NCBI GenBank assembly: GCA_001275005.1
Contig: JWZX01003195.1
Span: 1 to 33,295, forward strand
Reading direction: 5' to 3'
DNA length: 33,295 nucleotides
Source: Chrysochromulina tobinii
Lineage: Eukaryota
Below are positions 9,926 through 19,174 of the stretch, in pieces; the stretch's first letter is position 1, and each line of letters starts with the position of its first letter. The notes beneath the pieces are model-generated. The model saw only the letters and a program-made list of their open reading frames with translations. It did no database searches and was not told where the DNA came from. Position numbers and translations under genes: made by a program.

Positions 9926-10150
9926 CCTCAAGCCAGGCCCCAACACCATGTACTTCATCAGGCCACTGTGCATGAATGTGGGCGTGTCACATGGTCAGTC
10001 CGGGGCGACCCCAGGAAAATTCGATGTTTGGCGCCGTTCCGGGCGCCGATCGGTACTTGTACGAGGTTTAAACCTCGCTGCGAAACATGCGTGAAGTAAC
10101 CGTCTGAGTCTGAGTTCGCTCCACGCCGATGCGCGGCAATACAAATCGGC

Positions 10151-11022
10151 CTACCGACCTCGAACCAGCTGCATGTCACGGAATTTCGTCGTCCTGCGCT
10201 GGAACGCGACGAGCAACTTGAACTTGATGTAGGTGAAGGCGAAGTCGAGGACGATGAGCGAAAATCCCATGCTGGTACACCTGCGCACTCGCGAGCATGG
10301 CGCATCGATACGTGAGAAGAAGGACATTCAGAGGAGAGCCATGACCACCGCGCGCGCGCTGGTGCATTCTCTGGGCAGCGGGCGCACCAGCTGGAGAGCA
10401 GCATGATCCAGTTGCGCCCATCGAGTACCGCGAGCAGCACGCACAGCATCATGAAGCCCAGCGTCCAGTACTGGATGATCTGCCACTGCAGGTTGAGCGC
10501 GTCGAGCCAGCCCACGTTGGCATGGTCGTGATGCACCTTGCCCGAGAAGAAGCGGATGGCGAGCTTCATGAGCTGCTGTACGCCCTTGGAGATGAGCAGC
10601 GTCCATAGCGACGAGGTCAGCCCCTGCAGCGACGACAGCTTCACGCGCGGCCGAAAGATAGCCTTCCAATAAAGCATTGCGAGCGTGGACACGGCGAGCG
10701 AGAGGAAGCGCTCAGAGCGGCTCCGTCGGTTGTGCCGCTTACCGCGCACGACGCAGCCGAGAAGCTGATGGTGCTCGCACGCAAAGTCCCACCACTGCAC
10801 ATGCACGCCGTCGGCCGAGTCCTCTCCGATCAGTGCAGGGCCCTCGTCGATACCGCGTGAGCGGCTGCCGCTATCGCGCCAGCGCTCGGCCGTCGCGTAG
10901 GCGCCGACGGCGAAGACGAGGAGCACGTCCTGCGGCGCGAGTCCAACGCGCGCGACCAGCAGCCACAGCAGCACTGAGCTGCTCACGAGCACCGCCGCGG
11001 TCGTTAGTCGATGACTCGGCAT
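10151..11022 (-). CDS. Multi-pass membrane protein of unknown function; 2 exons (11022-10388, 10280-10151)
   Basis: Several hydrophobic helices. A GTGCGC...GCGCAG intron at 10387-10281 (107 nt) restores LLSSWCTSMGFSLIVLDFAFTYIKF...RGR*. Confidence 0.7.
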
Positions 11023-11110
11023 CGCACAGGCGCAAAACACGAAAAGTTCACTTGGGCGCCGTGTTGGTTTATCGATGTATATTGTTTTCATCGCACAAGA
11101 ACTCTGAGCC

Positions 11111-12253
11111 TCAAGTCCAATCGCTTGCCGCGCCGGCCTCCAGCCACAGCTCCCGCAGGCTCACGGATGGGGCAGCACCAGAGTCACCTGCTTCACCGTC
11201 CACCTCGACCTCGTGGTCGTTCCAGCACCTTGCGAGCGCCGTGTCGTACACGCGGAAGGCCGGCGAGTCGTCACCCAGCATGAGCCGCGCCGCCTCGCGC
11301 GCTCGCTCCGCCCACGCGCGCGCGGCCCGTCGGTACGTGGCCGCGCGCTCGTCGAGCGTCTCTAAAGGCACGCGCAGCGTCCGACCCTCTGCTTGGCCGC
11401 TGACTTGGTTGGCTCGGGCACGCGATGTGAGCCTCGAGAGGGCGGCGCTCGCGTGGTCGCAGAACTCGACGCACGCTTGCAGCACGAGCTCCGTCGTGCC
11501 GCCGATCAGGCCGTCGGGAGGGCTCTCGAGCGCGAGCAGCTGCAGCAGCCGCGCCTGCTCTCTGAGGACCTCTGCTGGTTCTGTGCTCATGAGAGCCGCA
11601 GGCGTGCCTCGAGCGTTGAGTGCCTCGGCGAGTGCCCCAGCGTTGCCTAGCGTGGCTAGGCGTGCCTCGCTCGCGCTCAGCTCCTCGCCAGTCAGCGCAC
11701 ACTTTGCGCACGAGCATTCAAAGCCGAATGACTCGCGTAGTCGCTGCCGCCGCTGCTCCCTCCGCGCGAGAAACCCGAGGTAGTTGATGGTAATCTCGTC
11801 GCCCGAACGGATGCGCCGCGTCGCGTGCACTGTCAGCCGGCCGGGAGGCGGCTCGTCGCTGCTCTGTGCGGCTGCTGCTGTGACTGGTGTGGCTGCCCAT
11901 TGGAAGCACGCGCACGCGTCGCAAGAGTGGTTCAATCGGCTCGCCCGGTAGTAGATGGCGCCGTACAGCTGCGAACGCCATCGAAACGGGATTCCGTTCG
12001 TTTGCGCGATGCCATCGGCTGTCTTAGCTTCGCCGTAGCCGGCGTTCTGCGAGAGCTCGAAGAACTTTGCTCGGTCCTCGGCAGCAAGGTTGTCGACCGA
12101 GCTTTGGAGTACCGAGAGTGGGATGCCGGCCCCGTCAATGCGCGCGACGAGTAGCGGCGCCTCGGCGAGAAGCCGCTCGCCTGGCTCGATGTCGCGTGCG
12201 GCTATGACGCCGAGGCCACGGCCCTCGAGGGTCGCGTAGGTGAAGGCTGACAT
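11111..12253 (-). CDS. SET-domain protein (SMYD/SET5-like lysine methyltransferase)
   Basis: GRGLGVIAARDIEPGERLLAEAPL, SRLNHSC, GDEITINY, post-SET FGFECSCAKC. Confidence 0.9.
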   Translation of the reverse strand: MSAFTYATLEGRGLGVIAARDIEPGERLLAEAPLLVARIDGAGIPLSVLQSSVDNLAAEDRAKFFELSQNAGYGEAKTADGIAQTNGIPFRWRSQLYGAIYYRASRLNHSCDACACFQWAATPVTAAAAQSSDEPPPGRLTVHATRRIRSGDEITINYLGFLARREQRRQRLRESFGFECSCAKCALTGEELSASEARLATLGNAGALAEALNARGTPAALMSTEPAEVLREQARLLQLLALESPPDGLIGGTTELVLQACVEFCDHASAALSRLTSRARANQVSGQAEGRTLRVPLETLDERAATYRRAARAWAERAREAARLMLGDDSPAFRVYDTALARCWNDHEVEVDGEAGDSGAAPSVSLRELWLEAGAASDWT

Positions 12254-12551
12254 GACTGGAGCGCCGCGCGCGCCGCGCCGTTCGCGGACGCTACGCCGCA
12301 AAATCGAGCGCGCCGCAGTTTGTCGATAGGAACTAGAAAGCGAACAGGACGCTCACCCGTCACCGACAGTCGTTGACTCCAGCAATCCTGATAGCTTTTC
12401 AACACGTCAGCACCCGTCTGTTTCGTCAGCATTTCCCACTGTTTCAGGTCCCGCCAACTTTTTGAGCTGCGAGAAGCGCCCGCACTATCCTTTACCCGCC
12501 AAGTAGAGCGGCCCTCGCCTGCCGCCCATCTTGCGTCGTTCGAGCGCTCCG

Positions 12552-14774
12552 ATGACATCCATTATGCACGCCGACGTGCCCAGTGCGCTGCCCAATACGC
12601 CTGCGCCGCCGACCGACCTGAGCGAGGACCCTGCAGACGCGGCGCTCGCCCTCATGTCCTTCTTCTGCGCCCCGCGCGTCGAGGCGCCCACTGCCACCTT
12701 CGGCACGCCCGAAGAGAGCATCGATATGGACGATGCGGTTGACTCCGACTCCGAGACCAACCCCAGGCTGGCGCGCGTTCGTAGCACGGACACGACGGAC
12801 ACGTGCAACGTCATGGAGGGCGTCTCCGCGATCGCCATGCCGGCGCAGCTTGCCATGCTGGCCGCCAAGGGCCTGTCGAGCAACGGGCCAAAGGACCGGC
12901 GCCAGATGAAGCGCGAGCACGCGCACAAACTCGCCATGATTCAGGACGAGGACGAGGACGAGGACGATCAGGAGCAGCAGCAGCAGCCGGAGCACAAGGA
13001 GGTGCGACGGCACTGGAGCGGCGTTGCCCGTGGGCCGGCGCCAGTGCCGGCGGGCGTGAGCGCGAGCGAGGCGGAGGCGGAGCGGCGGCTGCGCATGAAC
13101 CACCTGCGCCGTTGCAACGAGGACATGCGCATCCTGATGCTCGGCTGGTCATCAATCGAGGTGCGCGAGCCAGGCAAAATGCCTCACTTTGTGTACGAGC
13201 ACCCCACCCTCGGACGCGCGCGCTCGAAAAAGGAGATCTTCCGGCTGCACAAGGGCGAGAAGCTCGACTTCAGCTCGGAGGTCGCCGTCGTCGTCAGCGA
13301 GCGTGTGCGCCAGCTCCGCCAAGAGTTGGTCCCCACTGCCGTCCCTGGCGTATCCAAATGCCCCAGGGACGCCGACGGTGCCGATGGCCCCGGCGGGGCG
13401 AGCGCGGCGCCGTATCGGGCATGCCCCAGGGACGCCGACGGTGCCGATGGCCCCGGCGGGGCAAGCGCGGCGCCGTATCGGGCGAGTGCCGCGCGGGCGG
13501 CGGCCGGCTCGGGCGTCAGCCGGCCTGGCTCATCGGTCGGCCGTGGCTCGTCTGTCGCGAGTGCTCGCGGCGATGACGACGTCGCCGACGAGCGCGACCT
13601 CGAGGACGAGGACGAGGACGACGACCGGGTGGGCTCGCGCGCTGGCTCGTGTGCTCCCGGCCTGACCGCCGCCTCTGCCGCCGCAGCGTCGGTGAGCGTC
13701 TGGCGCGGCAAGCGGCGTGCATGCGTGCGCCCGACGGCGCCAACGGTGGTGCCTCCTTCCGTTCCTAATTTGGGACGAAACCTCAAGCAGCCGAATCCTC
13801 AAGCGCATCTCCCCACAGCGCATCTCGCCACTGCGCATCTCCCCACAGCGCATCTCCCGACGCCATTAGGTCTTGTCGCTGCGGCGGTGCCGACGAGTAC
13901 CGGCTCGTCGCGCTCGTCGTCGGCCATAGGCGGCCGTTACTCCGGCTCACCCGCGCTCTGGCGCTCCGCCTCGCTCGATGCGATGGTCGCCGCCGCCGCG
14001 CTCGCCGAAGAACCGCTCGACACGGCGCTCTCCGAAGAGCCGCTCGACGCAGCCTCTGCGGAGCACTACCCGTCGTCGTCGGAGCTTTCGCCCTACCCGC
14101 CCGCGCTCTCTCCGCCGACGGGTAGTGCGTCGCGTCCGTCGTCCGTGGGCATGATCTTCGGGTTTCGTCGGGAGGGCTCCCAGCCAGGCTGCAGCGGCGC
14201 TGAGGCTGATACAGCCGCCGCGCCTCCCGTGCTGAGCGCGCAGCTCGCTCCTGCCTCTGCCGATGCGGCGCCCAGGGCATCGCCCCGGGCCGTCTGGCGG
14301 GCCTCGCCGCTCGTGGCGGAGCTCCTGCGGCCGGTGGGCGTGGAGCCGCACGCGCCGCACGCGCCCGTTGCCGCGATGGCGCTCGCCGCCCCAAGCCGCC
14401 ACGCAGCCCCCCTCCTTGCGGCGGAGCTCAACGAAGTCGAGGCGGCAGCTGCAACCGAGGCCGAGACCGGCACTGGGCCAATGCCCGGGGAGGCCAGCAC
14501 TCAGGTGGACTTGAGCGCGCCGTCCGCGACGTGGCTCGCGCCGCCCGTGCGGCCCGTGCAGACCCTGCCGCCGCCGCCGCTGCCGCTCAGCCAACGTGCC
14601 CATAACTCGACGTTGAGCTTCTCGCGGCTGCCGCCGGTGCTGGAGCATGGTCTGGTGGTCGGGCTCAAGCGCGCGCGCGAGGGCGGCATCGAGGGCGAGG
14701 CCGATGACGGCAACCTCGAGACGTCCCCGCAGACGTGCGGGAAGAAGATCCTCGCGGCCTCGCGATGGAACTAA
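12552..14774 (+). CDS. Low-complexity protein with a possible MBD-like domain (about 13143-13250)
   Basis: Long ORF, largely Ala/Ser/Pro-rich. Segment GWSSIEVREPGKMPHFVYEHPTLGRARSKKEIFR resembles the MBD pattern GW...vyY.sP.G...RSk.el. Confidence 0.6.
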   Translation: MTSIMHADVPSALPNTPAPPTDLSEDPADAALALMSFFCAPRVEAPTATFGTPEESIDMDDAVDSDSETNPRLARVRSTDTTDTCNVMEGVSAIAMPAQLAMLAAKGLSSNGPKDRRQMKREHAHKLAMIQDEDEDEDDQEQQQQPEHKEVRRHWSGVARGPAPVPAGVSASEAEAERRLRMNHLRRCNEDMRILMLGWSSIEVREPGKMPHFVYEHPTLGRARSKKEIFRLHKGEKLDFSSEVAVVVSERVRQLRQELVPTAVPGVSKCPRDADGADGPGGASAAPYRACPRDADGADGPGGASAAPYRASAARAAAGSGVSRPGSSVGRGSSVASARGDDDVADERDLEDEDEDDDRVGSRAGSCAPGLTAASAAAASVSVWRGKRRACVRPTAPTVVPPSVPNLGRNLKQPNPQAHLPTAHLATAHLPTAHLPTPLGLVAAAVPTSTGSSRSSSAIGGRYSGSPALWRSASLDAMVAAAALAEEPLDTALSEEPLDAASAEHYPSSSELSPYPPALSPPTGSASRPSSVGMIFGFRREGSQPGCSGAEADTAAAPPVLSAQLAPASADAAPRASPRAVWRASPLVAELLRPVGVEPHAPHAPVAAMALAAPSRHAAPLLAAELNEVEAAAATEAETGTGPMPGEASTQVDLSAPSATWLAPPVRPVQTLPPPPLPLSQRAHNSTLSFSRLPPVLEHGLVVGLKRAREGGIEGEADDGNLETSPQTCGKKILAASRWN
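13358..13483 (+). repeat. 63-nt near-perfect tandem duplication (CPRDADGADGPGGASAAPYRA x2)
   Basis: Copies at 13358-13420 and 13421-13483 differ by one synonymous base. Confidence 0.95.
13803..13862 (+). repeat. 15-nt repeat x4 (AHLPT)
   Basis: GCGCATCTCCCCACA-type units. Confidence 0.9.
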
Positions 14775-15087
14775 CGGTTGGCCACGCGGATTTCGGCGAC
14801 CGTTACGTGGCGACCGTTAACGCGGATTTCGGCGTGCCCGCGGCGCGAACGCCCGTGGGGACGATTCCGCCGGATGGCCGCCTCGCGTGTGGGCCTGGAG
14901 GGTCGTTACGTGGCCACCGTTACGTGGCCACCGGGACTTGGGGCTGTTCGGGCGGTGTCAGCCGACGCACGGGTTGCGGGCGGGCCGAGGGAATGGGCAA
15001 GCCTCTGGCCTCTAGCGTGGTGCCGGAGCCAGGCGGATCTATGCACGTGCCGAGGGTCGGCGTTTAGGCGTCGTCGTGGGCATCAGC

Positions 15088-15279
15088 GGCGTCGAGAGCG
15101 CTTCCTTATTTGGGCGTCGAGAGCGCTTCCTTATTTGGGCGTCGAGAGCGCTTCCTTATTTGGGCGTCGAGAGTGCTTCCTTATTTGGGCGTCGAGAGCG
15201 CTTCCTTATTTGGGCGTCGAGAGCGCTTCCTTATTTGGGCGTCGAGAGCGCTTCCTTATTTGGGCGTCGAGATCGCTTC
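15088..15279. repeat. Intergenic 25-nt minisatellite GGCGTCGAGAGCGCTTCCTTATTTG x7 plus a partial copy
   Basis: Units start every 25 nt from 15088 to 15263. One substitution in unit 4. No spacers. Confidence 0.95.
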
Positions 15280-16075
15280 TTTACGGCAGCGCCAGATGGC
15301 GTGGCAGAGAGCGCCAGATTGCGCGGCAGGGAGAGCGACACCGCATGGGGACGGGAGCACGGCGGTGTACTCACACAGAGGAGTGTGTCGCTCCGAGTGG
15401 AGACGAACAGTTCCAAATCGGGACGGAGCGAGTTTCCAAGTTTGGGGCGGCAGTCGGGGACGAAGCGAGAAGATCGCGACGCGCGACTGGCCGACACATC
15501 GACAGGGCAAAAGGCGAGACCAGCTCACGTCACCTGCGGCCTGCCATCTGGCAGGGGCCCCCGGCCCTGATCGAGGGAGTACGAGAACGTCAGGGACCAC
15601 GCGCCACACCGGCACACCGCGCTCGCGCCCCATGTGGGCGGGCAGGGGATATGTGCGCTTCTTCCCAGAGACACGACACAGGGACGGGGAGGGTAACTCA
15701 TTGACTATGAGTAATGTGAGACCCCACCGAATTGAAATGGAGAGGTTATTCTGCATAAAGGTTAGCTCGTCAACCATGGTCAACTGGCGTACCGGCCAAG
15801 AAATACGACTTACGTGTTACGAGGGGACGAGCAGGCGCGACCGCGAGTGTGGAGTGAAAGGACTAAGGAGGTACAGGCTTGTTTTTCTATAGAGAATATG
15901 CAGAATGTCAAACTCGCCCTGTCTGTGGCGTATGTGAACGCGTGAACGAGCTTTCCTGGGCGGCCGCGGCGGCCGCCGCCCGCGCCCGCGCCCGCTCGCG
16001 CGCCGTGAGCTCAAGCCAGATCGGCCGCGCAGCAGAACTGGGACAGCAGAATGGTTGCTGAGGCCGACGCAAACG

Positions 16076-17902
16076 ATGCTGTACACGCTCCTAGTCGCAC
16101 TCATCGGCTCGGCCTCGGCCACGTCACTGCTAAGCTTGCGCGGCGGGGTGCGCCGCGACTCCTCGCGACCTGAATGCCGTACCCGGATCAAGCAGCAGGC
16201 AACGACGAACCGCCCTCACCTCTTTACGTGAAATTCCCGCGTGCGTTTTGCATCGGCAGAAGGCAAAGGAGAAGGTCACATTGTCGGCTCGGGCAACTGG
16301 GGCTCGGCGATCGCCAAGATCGTCGGCCGCAATGTGCTCACGTCGGATGAGTTCGAAGACGAGGTCCGCATGTGGGTGTTCCAGGAGCAGGTCAATGGCA
16401 AGAATCTGACTGATATTATCAACACTCAGCACGAGAACGTCAAGTACCTTCCGGTGCGTCTCCCGCAGACACCTGGTCTCAGCGCGTACAATCCCGCAGC
16501 TCGGCGTCCATCGCTGAGCCGCACCAACTTTGTGCTTGCGCAGGGCATCAAGTTCACCCCCAACGTCATCGCCGACCCCGATCTGACGCATGCATGCACT
16601 GGCTCGACACTGCTCATCTTCGTGCTTCCGCACCAGTTCCTCGGGTACGCGACAGCTGCGCGCCGCCACTCTCCTACCATTGCGACCGACGTTGCGGCGG
16701 CCGTAGCGGTCGCCGCCGCTCTCACCTTGCTCCGTGCCCCCATCTTGGTGGCCTCTGGGATTGCCGCCACCCTCTGTGGGATTGCCGCCTCCCTCTGTGG
16801 GATTGCCGCCTCCCTCTGTGGGATTGCCGTCACCCTCTGTGGGATTGCCGTCACCCTCTGTGGGATTGCCGCCTCCCTCTGTGGGATTGCCGCCTCCCTC
16901 TGTGGGATTGCCGCCTCCCTCTGTGGGATTGCCGTCACCCTCTGTCGACTGAGTCCGCATGGCTGGTGGACTCTTTTGTGCACCAGGCGCATCTGCCCGA
17001 AGATGGACACCGTGGCGAAGGGCTGCCGCGCCATCTCGCTGATCAAGGGCATCGAGTTCAACGATCGGGGCCCCATCCTCATCTCGAACATGATCAAGGT
17101 ACGACCGAGCGAGAGCGCGCCGCCACACGCCACCACGCGCCGCCACACGCCAGCGCCCACATCAGAGCTGCGCGCGCCTTCGGCTCTGCACGCCGCTCTG
17201 CACGCCGCTCTGCACGCCGGCCGCCCGCGCTGCCCCGAGGACGCTGATCGTTGGCGGATGTCCGCCGCACGACCTCCCTCTCTACAGGAGGCCATGGGCG
17301 GCATGGATGTGTCCGTACTGATGGGTGCCAACGTGGCGAATGAGGTGGCCAAGGACGATTTTTGTGAGTCGACGGTGGGCTACTCGAACTCAGCGAACGG
17401 CGCGACCTGGCAGCGTCTCTTCGATTGCCCTACGTTCCGCATCGGCACGATCAAGGACGTCGCGGGCGTCGAGCTTTGCGGCGCTCTCAAGAACGTGGTG
17501 GCCATTGGAGCGGGCTACTGCGATGGCCTTGGCTACGGTGGCAACACGAAGGCGGCCATCATCCGCATTGGGCTCAAGGAGACGATCAAGTTCTGCAAAA
17601 TGTTCTTCTCCGGCGTACGGGACGACACGTTCTTCGAGTCGTGCGGCCTCGCCGACCTGGTAACCACGTGCTTCGGAGGTCGCAACCGCAAGTGCGCCGA
17701 GGCCTTTGCTAAGGGTGAGGGAACGTGGGACGAGATCGAGAAGAAGCTGCTCAACGGCCAGAAGCTGCAGGGCACCCTGTGTGCTAAGGACGTGATGGTG
17801 GTGCTCAAGACGAAGAAGCTGGAAAAGGAGTTCCCGCTCTTCACTCGTATTTACGAGATCGCCTACGAGGGCAAGGCGCCTTCGACCATCGTACAGCTGT
17901 AG
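16076..17902 (+). CDS. GPD1: NAD-dependent glycerol-3-phosphate dehydrogenase with signal peptide; exons 16076-16147, 16260-16453, 16544-16644, 16987-17098, 17288-17902; apparent 1-nt deletion near 16279
   Basis: IVGSGNWGSAIAKIVG, HENVKYLPG, IFVLPHQF, AISLIKG, VLMGANVANEVA, GALKNVVA, SCGLADLVTTCFGGRNR, LLNGQKLQG. Four GT-AG introns remove the non-homologous inserts. Confidence 0.92.
16756..16945 (+). repeat. 21-nt minisatellite x9 inside GPD intron 3
   Basis: TGGGATTGCCG(C/T)C(T/A)CCCTCTG units. Confidence 0.95.
17183..17218 (+). repeat. 12-nt repeat x3 inside GPD intron 4
   Basis: GCTCTGCACGCC x3. Confidence 0.9.
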
Positions 17903-18267
17903 AGTGACGTGCGAGGTGGGGGGCGTACGAGCTGCCTGCTCTCGGGCACGAAGGGCAGAAGTGGCACGCTCGGTTCCGGCGGCGCTCACGTTCTGTCACG
18001 GCGCCGAGCGTGACAGAGCGCGCGAGCATTTAGCCGCGTCGGAGCCGGTCGGGTAGGCAGACACTTTTCCTTGGTGTGGCATGGGCATGCATGCTTGCCA
18101 GACGCACTTTCCAATGATGTGACGAGTGGCGTGAGCGACGCACGTGAGCTAGTGTATGTGCTGGAGGTGTGACCGTAACGTATAACCGCTTTTTCACACG
18201 GACGACGGGGACCGGGGTCCCTGAACCATGCCCCAACGGAACATCAACATGGGTCCGAAACGCATTC

Positions 18268-18837
18268 TCACACGGGAGCTGCTCCAATGTCATCGGTGTT
18301 GCCCCACTCGATTGGTATGTTGGGGAACTGGGAACGCAGCTTCTCGAGTGCATCGCGCTTCCTGGGATCGAGTGCCGCCTCTGCGCGCTGCTTCGCACTC
18401 TCGACCTCGTCTTCCCTCGCTCGCGTTTTGTTGAGGGCTGCGCGCTGCTCTGATGTCAGTTGGGCCGTACTTACGTAATCGGAGACCGATACAGAAGCCG
18501 TGTCCAGCGTGTCCTCACCGGCAATCAGCCCGTGCCACCACTCGGTGCTTGGTCCTGTGTTCTCGGCGCGCAAGTTGTCCTTGGCCAGCTGCAGCACGAG
18601 GACACCGTCCTCTATCATCCACGTACTCTCATCGCATCGCACGGGCTTGGCGAGCGCGCCCTCAAGCAAGGGATTGCCACCTCGTTTGGGCACCACACGT
18701 ATCCGCTGTCGCTGAATGTCCACGATCAGGTCACGTGCGCGCAGCCCGTTTAGTGGCACGTGAGCCGTCACATCACTCAGCGTCTGTCCCCATTTGTAGG
18801 TCGAGCCGCTGCCGCCATTGAGCAGCGTTTCGGTCAT
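18268..18837 (-). CDS. NudC-like CS (p23/HSP20-like) domain protein
   Basis: YKWGQTLSDVTAHVP, LEGALAKPVRCDESTWMIEDG, EWWHGLIAGEDTLDT, C-terminal LEKLRSQFPNI. Confidence 0.85.
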   Translation of the reverse strand: MTETLLNGGSGSTYKWGQTLSDVTAHVPLNGLRARDLIVDIQRQRIRVVPKRGGNPLLEGALAKPVRCDESTWMIEDGVLVLQLAKDNLRAENTGPSTEWWHGLIAGEDTLDTASVSVSDYVSTAQLTSEQRAALNKTRAREDEVESAKQRAEAALDPRKRDALEKLRSQFPNIPIEWGNTDDIGAAPV

Positions 18838-19174
18838 GAATCACACGAGGGAATGGGGGCTGGGCGTTGCGGCGACGGCGGGGCGGCGACGGCGCGGCGA
18901 CGGCGGGGAGGCACGAGAGTGTGAACCAGAGAGGGTCGGCGGTTTCGGAACGCGGGAACTGACTGACGAAGCATGACGCACATGTACCAACCGGGTATGT
19001 ATGTTGCTTCGGCTCTTTCCGGTGTTTTCTAATGGGCTTTCTTGTTAACAGTGAAATATTTGAACTTTTCTCTTCACGCCGTCCTCGCCGGGGACGGACC
19101 GCGTGCGAGCGCTCTCGGAGCTACTCCGTCTCTGACCGAGAGGGCCTTCTTGAAACGGAACGGGACCGGATTTA

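Noticed and set aside
15088..15279. CRISPR array
   Set aside because: Units are head-to-tail with no unique spacers, there are no cas genes and the context is eukaryotic.
14778..15892. ORFs of 164-308 aa across the 25-nt repeat
   Set aside because: They are open only because the repeat is stop-free. No ATG-led, family-like protein is visible.
16241..17902. GPDH as a single 553-aa protein with CGIAASL repeats
   Set aside because: The inserts are bounded by GT...AG and interrupt conserved motifs, so they are introns.
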